From the NCBI GenBank assembly GCA_032718475.1, contig JAUCBJ010003514.1, positions 11,586-75,585 of the forward strand: a DNA stretch of 64,000 nt, read 5' to 3'. The first letter of the stretch is position 1, and each line of letters opens with the position of its first letter. The notes below the pieces were generated by a model that saw nothing but the letters and a program-made list of their open reading frames with translations, was not told the origin of the DNA and ran no database searches. The DNA is from Nemertoderma westbladi. Taxonomy: Eukaryota > Animalia > Xenacoelomorpha. Shown here in pieces: positions 13,250 through 24,323 of this stretch. Both the position numbers and the translations under genes were made by a program.

Positions 13250-13620
13250 TTAAATACCACCACGTCAGCTAAGATCGAGTGACGAGGGGGCTTCTGAATA
13301 TCCCACGATATCGCCTAGAGACGTTCGGGAGACGTGCATTCTCGGTATCAGCTGTGGAACCCCGATATTTGGGCCACACAAATCAAAAATAGATACATAT
13401 TTGTAACAGGTTGAATTCGGACAGTAGGAAAATTAACTTGTTGTTTTAAATAGGCCTACGCATTATGATTGATTTTAATTGTTTTACCCTTTTCTTTTTC
13501 TCTAGGACACTTTTAGTCTGTTTTATTCTGTTTTTTTTTAATATAAAATGTTATGTTTTGGAGTCGAGTATGCTGAAATCCTTTACTTAGAAGGGCTCAA
13601 TAAAAATATATTATTATTAT
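13250..13620 (+). mobile_element. Decayed 3' end of an L2/CR1-type LINE
   Basis: Reads IPPRQLRSSDEG/LLNIPRYRLETFGRRAFSVSA across one frameshift, homologous to the L2 end at ~38216-38320; followed by a T-rich UTR and a TAT tail. Confidence 0.7.
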
Positions 13621-13732
13621 TAATATATTATTATTATTAATTTATTATTATTAATATATTATTATTATTAATATATTATTATTATTAATATATTATTATT
13701 ATTAATATAGTATTCTTATTATTATATTAGAA

Positions 13733-13919
13733 GGCGGGGTAGCTCAGTTGGTTGAGCGCCTGGCCTGCAATCTAATGGTTGTAGGTTCAGCCCCGCCAGG
13801 GTCCACTCAGCCTTTCATCCACTGGGGTCGATAAAATGAGTACCAGTTAAATAACTGGGAGCAAATCTTGGGGTAGGAGTAGCGCCCACCCCTACCCTCG
13901 GGTAGCTGCTATCGAAAGA
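13733..13919 (+). mobile_element. tRNA-derived SINE with Meta domain (MetaSINE-like)
   Basis: A box TAGCTCAGTTGG and degenerate B box GGTTCAGCCCC, then GTCCACTCAGCCTTTCATCC..GGGGTCGATAAAATGAGTACCAG, which I recognise as the Meta/Sauria-SINE core. Confidence 0.8.
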
Positions 13920-14029
13920 TATAATATATTATTAATTATTAATATTATTTATATATTATTATTATTATTATTATTATCAATATATTATTATTATTATTAT
14001 TATTATTAATATATTATTATAATAGTAGA

Positions 14030-14800
14030 TATCCGGCAAATACAGTCACAGACACCGACTTTGCGGATGACATCGCCCTGCTCTCTCTAATACGCTAGCA
14101 GATGCACTGCTTCTACTAAATAAAGTGGAGGGGGCTGCTAAGGAGGTTGGATTGCATATAAATGCTACAAAGGCCGAATTCATGACCTTTAATGTTGATT
14201 GAAACTTGACAACCATTGATAATTATCAACTAAGGAAGGTTGACGACTTCCAGTACCTTGGATCATGGATAGAGAGTAGCAAAAAGGACATAGAAGTTAG
14301 GAAAGCAAAGGAAAGGAAAGCAATACCATCTGGAAATCAGATCTCTCCAGGCACCTGAAGACTAAGTTCTTTCGAGCCACAGTGGAAAGTGTATTTTTAT
14401 ATGGGGGTGAGACCTGGACACTCACTAAATCACTTGAACAACGAATTGATGGTTGCTACTCAAGACTACTAAGGGCAGCCCTAAACATCAGCTGGAGGCA
14501 ACACATGACAAACGCCGAGCTTTATGGTACAATACCACCTGTATCAACCACCCTCAGTGAACGCAGATTGAGATTCAGTGGGCACTGCTGGCGAAGTAAA
14601 GACGAGGTCATACCAGATCTACTTCTCTGGCAACCAACTCATGGAAAGCGTAGTCGTGGACGACCGGCCATTACATATAGATCAACTTGAAAGGGATACT
14701 GAACTTGGGAGAAACGAAATTGCGACAACTATGGAGAATCGGGAAGCCTGGAAGGATCTCATTTCCACTGTCCGAGTTCGCTCGACCTAGTAGTAGTAGT
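14030..14800 (+). mobile_element. 5'-truncated RTE LINE with (TAG)n tail
   Basis: DFADDIAL, FQYLGSWI, ESVFLYGGETWTL, RRLRFSGHCWR, RGRP; ends TAGTAGTAGTAGT. Confidence 0.9.
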
Positions 14801-15217
14801 ATTAATATATTATTATTATTATTATTAATATAATATTATTATTATTAATAATACTATATTATTATTATTATTAATATATTATTATTATTATAGAATATTA
14901 TATTATAATTAATATATTATTATTATTATTATTATTATTAATATCTTATTATTATAGAATATTATATTATAATGAATATATTATTATTATTATTATTATT
15001 ATTAATATATTATTATTAATATATTATTATTATTAATAAATTATTATTATTATTATTATTAATATATTATTATTATTATTAATAATATATTATTATTATT
15101 ATTATTAATATATTATTATTATTATTATTAATATAATATTAATAATATTAAATATAATATTATTATAAATAATATATAATTATTATTAAGTTACGCAGTT
15201 TACCAATTTGTTTCCAA

Positions 15218-15435
15218 TTACGCAGTTGAACGGTTGGTCTGGACATACGAAGTGGCGTCAGCGTTGATTAACGCAATGTCGAACGACGCCACCCGTTGAT
15301 TGGCCCAGACCCCCCGAGCAACCAGGTCTGCCCGTACGCCCCCCACCTCACGGCCCTCCCGATCCAAGTACCCCCTGGAGAGAGTCACTTCCCGCTCAAC
15401 GCTGGAAAGACCAACCACAGAGGCTATCAGCTCGA
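15218..15435 (-). mobile_element. Fragment of a CRE-clade (restriction-like endonuclease) non-LTR element
   Basis: VERE...RADLVARGVWANQRVASFDIALINADATSY resembles the RADxxxRGxWxxQRxAxFD..NxDAxSY motif of CRE-type REL domains; GC-rich island within TAT repeats. Confidence 0.65.
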
Positions 15436-15998
15436 TATATTATTATTATTAATATACTATTTTTATTATTATTAATATATTATTATTATTATTATTAATA
15501 TATTATTATTATTATTATTAATATATTATTATTATTATTATTAATATATTATTATTATTATTCTTAATATATTATTATTATTATTATTAATATATTATTA
15601 TTATTATTATTAATATATTATTATTATTATTATTAATATATTATTATTATTATTATTAATATATTATTATTATTATTATTAATATATTATTATTATTATT
15701 ATTAATATATTATTATTATTATTATTAATATATTATTATTATTATTATTAATATATTATTATTATTATTATTATTGTTATTTAATATATTATTAGTATTA
15801 TTAATAATATTAACTAATACAAATTATTTTTATGATACATTGATAGATTAACTAGGAGTGACTGCATTCATTAGATTAATTTTATATACACGTAATTCCT
15901 ACTTTAGGTGGTTAATTGATAAAAAGACTTCAAAGAATTCTATAATACGAAATAAATACAGTATATTATAATTATACATATTACTATGTAATTAGCAG

Positions 15999-16248
15999 GT
16001 GGTTTTCTTCTCTCTGGTAATTTGTTGTTGTTTCTTGGTTGTCTGCAACGCATGCACACCAAAGGCGATTGGCACATCGGGTTGCAGGGCTCAAAACACC
16101 TACTGTGACCATGGTGCATGTCTTACGGATAAGTTTGAGCCCACAACGCCATTCTCATCCGGGAGGCGTCGGAGACAGGGTGCTACCGCGTACTGTCTAT
16201 GTGGATCTAAACTCGGTGACCAGGAATACGATGGAAGCACTGGATGCG
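15999..16248 (+). CDS. Cys-rich surface protein, copy A, first visible coding exon (signal peptide plus EGF-like module 1 with RRRR loop)
   Basis: tagcag|GTG acceptor and G|gtgagt donor (phase 0 to 1); VVFFSLVICCCFLVVCNA-CTPK...CLCGSKLGDQEYDGSTGC. The start-codon exon was not located. Confidence 0.85.
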
Positions 16249-17494
16249 GTGAGTCTATTTATTATAGAAATTAAATTAACCTGTTTCTAAGTCTACAGAT
16301 AAGACAGTAGGTGTTGCACACAATCTACCTTAAAGGTAACTGACAATAGAGTGGAAACTTTAGTTTGCCTCCGGTATTTTGTGATCCACATTAATAAACT
16401 AACATTTTACTTTACGATTATGATTGCAGATTATGCATTTAAACCTTCCACTCTGTCTCCCAAGTACATTGGTTATCCTTTATCCACCAGTCAGGGATGA
16501 AAAATGGGTTGTTTTTAGGCTGCACCATTTAAAGCACTGTGTCCAAATATAGCTGCCCCATATAGGGATCGAACCAGGACCAGGGCATCCGGATTGGAAG
16601 CCCAGGAATGTCACAGACCAAGATGCTGCTGGTCTAGTGGTGTTCTTACAATTTAGAGTTATGAAAACAACATAACGGAGCAGTCTCCTATTAATTTATT
16701 TACGCGGTTGAAGTACAAATCCGCGTAAATACTTTAATGGAAGTCATGAAATTAAAGTTTTTCGTATGGCCGATGTGGGCCACAGTAATATTTGTGCATG
16801 TGTAAGGAAGTAATTGGTCAGTAATGGTAATAATGGCCTGTTCCAGATCAGTTTGACTAGAACAGATTGTTATAAATATACAGATTACCTTTAGTACTTT
16901 ATTTTTTTTTTCTGACTATATCTTAGTTAGTTTATATGGCGTCTACTGTACAATTTCAATATTTTTGCATTGTTTTGTTTAGAGGAATCACACCAATAAA
17001 AGAGTGTCGGGATTAGATATGTATTAATATATGGTAAAGTAGATAACATTGTCGATCAGAAAAATAAGAATTAAATTAATTAGTAGGCCTCCTGATTATT
17101 TTAAAATTTGTTAGATTAACGCACTGTCTGCTAATTTTTTTTATATTACATTCTCCCAAAAAAGCTGAACAATTTTTTAATTTTTCATACATTTTTGTAA
17201 TGATGTTATGTTTTGATTTTCAGGAACAAATCCTAAAAGATATGCGAGCTGTATATAAATTTCAACGTTTGTTGGAGCAGATTGAAAGCGAAATAACTTG
17301 TGATGATTTCAAATAATCTACAGCCATTTCATTAAAATTTTATAATTTTAATTATAACTATACTATGTAATTATAACTTTAAACACATTCCAGTAGCACA
17401 TGTGTAACAAATAATTAAAAATGTTTTCAACAAATTTCTTTATATAATATAATCTAAGACTGATGTTTAAAGGAATAATACTATTTACTTTCAG

Positions 17495-17612
17495 TTTCCT
17501 GCACTCATGATCAGCAATGTAATCTCGCAGACACCACCTGCGAGAACGGTGAATGCGTTTGTACTGGTGGAAAGATCGGATCCCTTGACCTGGGTTCCTC
17601 AGACAACTCTCA
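17495..17612 (+). CDS. Cys-rich surface protein, copy A, middle exon (EB/EGF-like module 2)
   Basis: tttactttcag| acceptor and CA|gtaagt donor (phase 1 to 2); VSCTHDQQCNLADTTCENGECVCTGGKIGSLDLGSSDNSQ. Confidence 0.85.
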
Positions 17613-18286
17613 GTAAGTTTGCCTCTAAGTTTCGATAGGGGTAACGTAATATTGATAGAACATGGTGGGTTGTTAAAGATTTAAGTTGTGTTTTTGGCTA
17701 TCTATCTCACACAAGAAGTAAGTGTTACAATATTCTTCAGGCACTATGCATTTTTCATTCATTTTATGAAAATTAAGTATAGCAGCACCGTAGACAGACA
17801 GCGGAAAACCAGCTATGCAGGCCTGTCCTGTTATTTTTTTAATTTAATTTATAGGGCCAGAGGGTTAGGGTAATTATACCTTGCACTTTCCACTTTCATA
17901 AATAATAGGCCTAATCGCTCGTTTCTGTCAGATGTAATTAGCATATATTGTAAAGTATTCTTCAAAGATAATAATGTGTTTTTGAATAGTTTAATTTTCA
18001 CAGCCCATTTACATAGGTTCAAATTATTTACTAATTATTCACTATTACTGAAGTTACATAATTTTACTTACTTGCATGTTAGCCACAGGTTCAGATAGGG
18101 AACTGATACTGTAGGCCTACAGTAGTAATGGGAACCATCAAACATAATTGACGATTTTTTAAATACCGTTTTATGATAGAATTACTCAATTTTAATTTTT
18201 GTTTAATAATAATGATGCACTAACTTTATTGGTAATAGATAATATTTGGTAATAATACAGAATAAACAAAGAATTAATACCCTTAA

Positions 18287-19972
18287 CCCTTCCATGCATG
18301 AATTAATTTTTTTTTCAAATTTTTTTAGAAAAAACAATTTTCTGGTATATTTTTACGTGCAAATTCAGAAACAATATCAAAAGTTAAAAAAATGGTCAGT
18401 TTCTGAGCTATGGTGCGTTTTGTCTGCGTGCAACATATGGCACGATATGCATTAAAGGTAACAAAATGTTTAAACTATTTAGTGCATGATGGGCCATATG
18501 GCACAACACATAACACATAACACGACTACCACAAAGTAGAAGAAAAATTTGCTTTTAATTTTCTTACAATTTCCTTTTTTATAATTACATAGATAATTAC
18601 ACACAAATTAGTTTGTGTGAAATTTCCTGAAACAATTTTGATCTTTATTAAAACATAAGGCAGTTTGGCATTTTTCACAACTAACGAATGTCCTTTTATT
18701 ACAGTTTGAAAGTTTACACCTCCGTTGCAAAAATACCATTTCTTTGTCTTCATCCTTATTCGGTTTCGACCTAGGAAACTATTATGCAGGTCTACTCCTC
18801 CAATAAACCGATTGTACTCACGGATTGCAGCAGGCTGCGATACTTCTCTATATTCCCCAGCACTTCTGAAATATCTTCTACATGTTCCAATAGGCATTTC
18901 CCCAACATAACTCGATGCCACATGTACTGCTTTATCGTGACAACAGGCGAAAACAAGCGAAAACAGTTGGAATTTAGGGAAAACAGTCGAAAACAGTTAG
19001 ATTGTTTAAAAATAATCATCCATGCATCCAGGTGAAAATAGATATTGAAGTTAACTAGGTGTAATAATAGATTTAAAATTTAGTGTCATTTACAATGTCG
19101 CTGACAAGATGACGTACCCATGTACATTAACACTGCTCATATCAGTGCCCGTACTGCCGTACCGGTACCTGTTGTAGTTACTGTGCCCGTACCGGTTGGG
19201 AAGAACCGTATTGAAATTATTATTATTGCAGAGATGCACTTTATTGATTGTTATACAGTAGTAGTAGCTAGTACTGAAGGCCTAAGTCTGAACTCCGTGT
19301 CTGTAAGAACGATACTAGGTACGTAAAATACATAGCACATAGGCCTATTTCGTTTTCAGCATTAAATAATTTTGTTTGTTCTGATAATGGCAAAACCGCT
19401 GAAAGTGAAGATACCGGAACTTCGTACTTCAACTTCTTCTATCGGTGCCGGTACGGGTTCTGGTACAATAGACTCACTGAATACTCTACTCTGTAGGCTT
19501 ACTGCCGTACTGGAGTAATCCATAATCATGCAATAGGAAATCAGTGTTATTGTACATGGGTTATGGGTAGAACTTCATCTTAAGTTAGCGACATTATAAA
19601 TGCCACTACATTTTTAATCTATTATTACACCTTGTTAACCTCAATATCTATTTTCACCTGGATGTATGGATGATTATTTTTAAACGATCTAACTGTTTTC
19701 CCTACATTCCAAATGTTTTCGCTCGTTTTCGCCTGTTTTCGACTGTTGTCACAATCTAGTACTATCCTGAAATTATCAATTTTAGACCTGGCCCGTTCTA
19801 AAGCATTATAAAAATAATTCACACACCATCTCGTGTACAGGTTGTGTTTCAACTGCAAGAATATAGAATTCAAGACATGTCCACCAAAGATTAGGATATT
19901 GTGAGCAGGTTTTCATTCTGTAGAATTAAAAAGAATAGGTGTTCCATATATAGCACAGCATGCATGGAAGGG
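18287..19972 (-). mobile_element. Internally deleted piggyBac transposon
   Basis: TTAA|CCCTTCCATGCATG ... CATGCATGGAAGGG|TTTTAA (14-bp TIR); transposase remnant QPAAIREYNRFIGGVDL...KTKKWY at ~18730-18925. Confidence 0.9.
18934..19754. mobile_element. Foldback/MITE with ~180-bp imperfect inverted arms nested in the piggyBac
   Basis: GTGACAACAGGCGAAAAC...CATCCAGGTGAAAATAGATATTGA...AATGTCGCT (18937-19103) is inverted at ~19585-19752. Confidence 0.8.
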
Positions 19973-20073
19973 TTTTAATAGTACACAAAATTCACCCAAG
20001 TAATTAAATCAGGTTCGCGGAACAGAAAATAATTCTTAATACGGCAAATATAAATAACTAAATAATGAGGGCG

Positions 20074-20656
20074 AAATATCCAAGTAATTAAATCAGATTA
20101 AATAATTAAATAATACACAAAAATATCCATGTAATTAAATCAGATTAAATAACTAAATAATACACAAAAATATCCATGTAATTAAATCAGATTAAATAAC
20201 TAAATAATACACAAAAATATCCATGTAATTAAATCAGATTAAATAACTAAATAATACACAAATAATATCCATGTAATTAAATCAGATTAAATAACTAAAT
20301 AATACACAAAAATATCCATGTAATTAAATCAGATTAAATAACTAAATAATACACTAAAATATCCATGTAATTAAATCAGATTAAATAACTAAATAATACA
20401 CTAAAATATCCATGTAATTAAATCAGATTAAATAACTAAATAATACACTAAAATATCCATGTAATTAAATCAGATTAAATAACTAAATAATACACAAAAA
20501 TATCCATGTAATTAAATCAGATTAAATAACTAAATAATACACTAAAATATCCATGTAATTAAATCAGATTAAATAATTAAATAATACACAAAAATATCCA
20601 TGTAATTAAATCAGATTAAATGACTAAATAATACACAAAAATAGCTATGTAATTAA
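20074..20656. repeat. 47-bp AT-rich tandem repeat, ~12 copies
   Basis: Unit AAATATCCATGTAATTAAATCAGATTAAATAACTAAATAATACACAA; TATCCAT recurs at 20124, 20171 and onward. Confidence 0.97.
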
Positions 20657-21328
20657 TGTGACGGAATCAGAGATCCCGACCGGGTAGGTTGTTTCGTACG
20701 CGTCACCGCATGCTGGGGTGGTGCCACTGATTGCTTGGCCGAGGTCGTTGGAGAAAAGCGTTCAGAGTTAACGTTGTTCCTTGGCGGTCTAATATAATAG
20801 CGATAGCACAGTTAATATGATGTTAATATGATAGCGGATGACAATATTGCTTGGTCCCGGTAATAGAATAAAATACAGCCAATGTTGTTGACGGTGACGA
20901 TGACGGTAAAACAATATTACCCGTCTGCACTGAAACTGGGTAACTAACTAAACTGAATTACAAACCGGTAGCAGGAGATAATATATGATTGATATACCAA
21001 TATTACTTCACTCCTACGCTACCTTGGCCTGCTACCTAATGGATGCTCTCCTTTGCCCTTATTGGCTAATAACCTACTTCTCACCCTTTCACTCTCTGGG
21101 AGTGTTTCCCCCCTGCTGCTAGCCTCTACTAGCTGTGTCCCCTCCGAGGTGGTTTGACCTCTAACCTTCCTTTGTGTGTGGCTTCGGGGCTTGTGTTGCC
21201 CCCCCCCCCCCAAATGTTGGTTGTGATACGAGATTGATATTGCTAATCTCGTATCTCCAACATATTGCTGAAAATGCCACTGGTCCCATTTTTGGGTGGG
21301 TAATGTAAGGAAATTGAATCCGCTTACA
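20657..21328 (-). repeat. 3' LTR of the BEL/Pao element (672 bp)
   Basis: TG...CA termini; preceded on the minus strand by a G-run polypurine tract (~21329-21347). Confidence 0.85.
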
Positions 21329-22309
21329 CCCCCCCCCCCCCCCCCCCATGCTATCTACCCGGTGAGAAGATAGCATCAACCTTAAGTGCGCTTCAATTCC
21401 GCTGGAACCCAATCTAATATTGGATGTGGGGTGGAGTTCTTTTCTCGGGGCCGGCTTTCCAGACCCCCCCCCCCCCCTGGGTGTGTTATTACTACCCATC
21501 CTTGGTGCAATCGCGAGCTATGTTGCACCAAGGTATCTGGTGTCTCTGTTTGAGACTATTGTGCTCACTCTCCACACAATTTTCTTTACCCTTACTCAAA
21601 ACTCTCTCATGGACCTTGTTGTCCCTTATACTCTCTCCGGTCCCTTGGGACTCTTCCTCTTTCACTGCTCACTCCCCACACTTGAATTGCACTTCTTTCA
21701 CTTCCTCACGATGTCAACACCTCCTCTCCTCATACTTCCCCCGATTCCCCATTTTCGTTTTCATTCTCCATACACTTATTGGGTCCCACACATGTGCGCA
21801 TCATGTCAGTGGGATCCGTCTAAGTCTCGTCCTGCTGTTCTAGTCAATTAGTCCCCAGTCCCAGTAGCTAATTGGAAAAAGTTGTACTTGACTACGGTAT
21901 ATGTTATATAATATACATGTGAGTTATACATAATAATTAATTATCATAATTATATATTATATACATTATATTATACGCTTGTCTATATGACGCGTCTTGA
22001 CCCCCCCTCTCGGAGGTGATATGACCCTTCACTCGTGGTCCCGTCCGTTTCATGCTCTCTCCGCCTTTCTCTTCCTTACTAACCTCTCTGCTATCACGAA
22101 CTTTCCGGGGCTCACCCAATTCGTGGGGCCTTACAAAGGCTCAATTTAAGTGAGTGCCATTAAACAAGATGTTACAAGTTTCGTTCAGTAATGGCCTTCC
22201 TCCTACCTTGTTCTTTCCTTCGTGCCAATATTCCCCTAAATTTATTTTATTCTTATCTATGTTCCCCCCTGCCTGTGCTATTATCCTATCTACCTCCTCA
22301 ATTGGCGCC

Positions 22310-22740
22310 CTCAGTGCCCACAACTTCTAACTTCTATGGTACTATGTACCCTACTACTGCTACTATGGTATGCCTACATACCCTTTACTTTCTTACTACG
22401 TGGCGCTCTCGGTGCCCACAACTTCTACGGTACTATGTACCCTACTACTGCTTCTATGGTATACCTACATACCATACCCTTTACTCTCTTACTACGTGGC
22501 GCTCTCGGTGCCCACAACCTCTACGGTACTATGTACCCTACTACTGCTACTATAGTATACCTACATACCAAGCCCTTTACTCTCTTACTACGTGGCGCTC
22601 TTGGTGCCCACAAGTTCTATAGTACTATGTACCCTACTACTGCTACTATGGTATACCTACATACCATACCCTTTACTCTCTTACTACGTGGTGCTCTCGG
22701 TGCCCACAAGTTCTATAGTACTATGTACCCTACGACTATT
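22310..22740. repeat. ~90-100-bp tandem repeat inside the BEL 3' region
   Basis: Repeated GGTGCCCACAA.TTCTA..GTACTATGTACCCTACTACTGCTACTATGGTATACCTACATACC, 4-5 copies. Confidence 0.9.
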
Positions 22741-23535
22741 ACTTTCTACTATCTTACTACTTGTTTCATTGTTTGCTTGTTTTATTTTTTTTTATATTTT
22801 TTTATGTGTGGGAAGGGCGTCTCGCCCTCATTCCCACCCCCTCAGTCCAACATATTGGACAACTCAACAACCTAAGGGCGATTCTTCCAGCAGGCCATTC
22901 TCCCACTGCCCCCCTATAGGTCCTCTTAATCTTCGCCCCACTCTTCTTGTCAATTCCAACTCTTTTGGAATTGACCTTCCCTTCTCCTTCACCCTTAAGT
23001 CAGGTCTTTCCGTCATGTCACTGATCTCCTCGTGATCGTCCCCTGGCGGTAAAGTGCCACCCTTCATCTTGTCGTTATTTGGCGGTAGAATGCCGCCCCT
23101 CATGTCATCCTTACTGGTACATGCCACCTCTGCTGGCCCCCCCATTAATATGTGTGCTGGCATTAAAGCCCCCGATGACCCCCAGTCATCCTTCGGTATG
23201 CATAATGGCTTACCATTTAATGCCCCCTCGCACTCTGCCAGCCCCTTGTGCGTGTACAAAACGCCCTCTCCAACATTCCTGTCTCCTTTGTCACGTTTCA
23301 TCATGGGCTTCTCTGCCCCTGGACTAATCTTCCCAAATTCTCTCCCTTTCCACCTTGTCTTCTTATTCGAAGACCTCCCCACCGGTATGCCTCTCAACTG
23401 GACTGGCGTCTGTTCCGGACACCTCTCCGGACATCTCGCCGTCCGCGCTTCTCCATCCCCATACCGATACTCCCCATTCTCGTCCGCCCACTCTCTTGTT
23501 GTTGTTTCTCTTCCTGACTCATCTGTCGGCGGTAT

Positions 23536-24285
23536 TTATACCCTTTCACCGCGCTCCACCATGCGTGGTTCCAGATCCATACCCATCCCCGACTCCTGGT
23601 TTTCTTCCTCGGCCTGCTGCTCGTATGGGTCCTCCCCATCGCCCATCTCTGGTTTCTCCTCTGTTCCTCCATCCTCCATTTCTCTCATTGTGCCTGCGAA
23701 CATGCACCCTGAGGATTCTGACACGCTGAACGGAATTCTAGACTTGATTGGGCCGCTGAGTGTCCATCCAAATGGTGTGAGAATCGCCATCGGGCCTCTC
23801 CCCCCATCATCTCCGAGCACGGCCGTTCTCCCGTGGGCCGTCAGGCAGTCCATTCCGATTATGAAAGATACTTTCAGGACGTCCAGTTCGGGCACGGAGA
23901 AATCGATGTTGTCCAGGTACTGGTATTGTTCGACCTCGATCTTGGTGGGTTGCATGGCATTAATATTAATCGATTCTATTATTTGAATGGGATCGATGGT
24001 CGTCCCATAATTGCACCCTGGTGTTATCCCTGATATTTTACAACACCCCATTCTCATCTTCAAGACCTCGTCTTTACTTGAGATAGAGGTTACCGCCATC
24101 TTGCTTGGCCTCATTCGTAACCCTATCTTTTCGGCCACCCAGCCCTCCTTTAGCATGAACGCTGCTCCACTATCGATCAACATTAATGTTGTGACCGATA
24201 GCTCGCCCTCTCCTGTTTTTCTCACTAGTACTACTTCGAGTAATACCGTCCTCTTCCTCTTTGCTCCCATCGTGCTCGTTGCCAT
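23536..24285 (-). pseudogene. BEL/Pao aspartic protease (DUF1758-like)
   Basis: LMLIDSGAAF, FIIGMDC, GPMAILTPFGWTLSGP, then an acidic tail with no RT. Confidence 0.85.
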
Positions 24286-24323
24286 GTTTTGGCCTCCAGT
24301 CTCATCAGTCTCCGGGCCGTGTT

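Larger units (their letters stand above)
13605..15815. repeat. (TAT)nTAATA microsatellite field interrupted by insertions
   Basis: Long TATTATTATTAATA tracts at 13605-13730, 13920-14025, 14800-15188 and 15435-15815. Confidence 0.95.

Noticed and set aside
13020-13253. ORF MEQFLNNLG... present in three copies
   Set aside because: Conservation simply reflects the duplication; the C-termini are frameshifted between copies and no motif is recognisable.
13733-13800. tRNA gene
   Set aside because: The T arm and acceptor stem are degenerate and run straight into a SINE core.
17224-17258. Alternative short terminal exon (GTNPKRYASCI-stop) after a good acceptor
   Set aside because: Phase-compatible and present in both copies, but too short to support without transcripts; left out of the model.
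22864-23986. Possible env-like or extra ORFs in the BEL 3' region
   Set aside because: Low-complexity or antisense ORFs with no signal peptide, transmembrane segment or recognisable domain.
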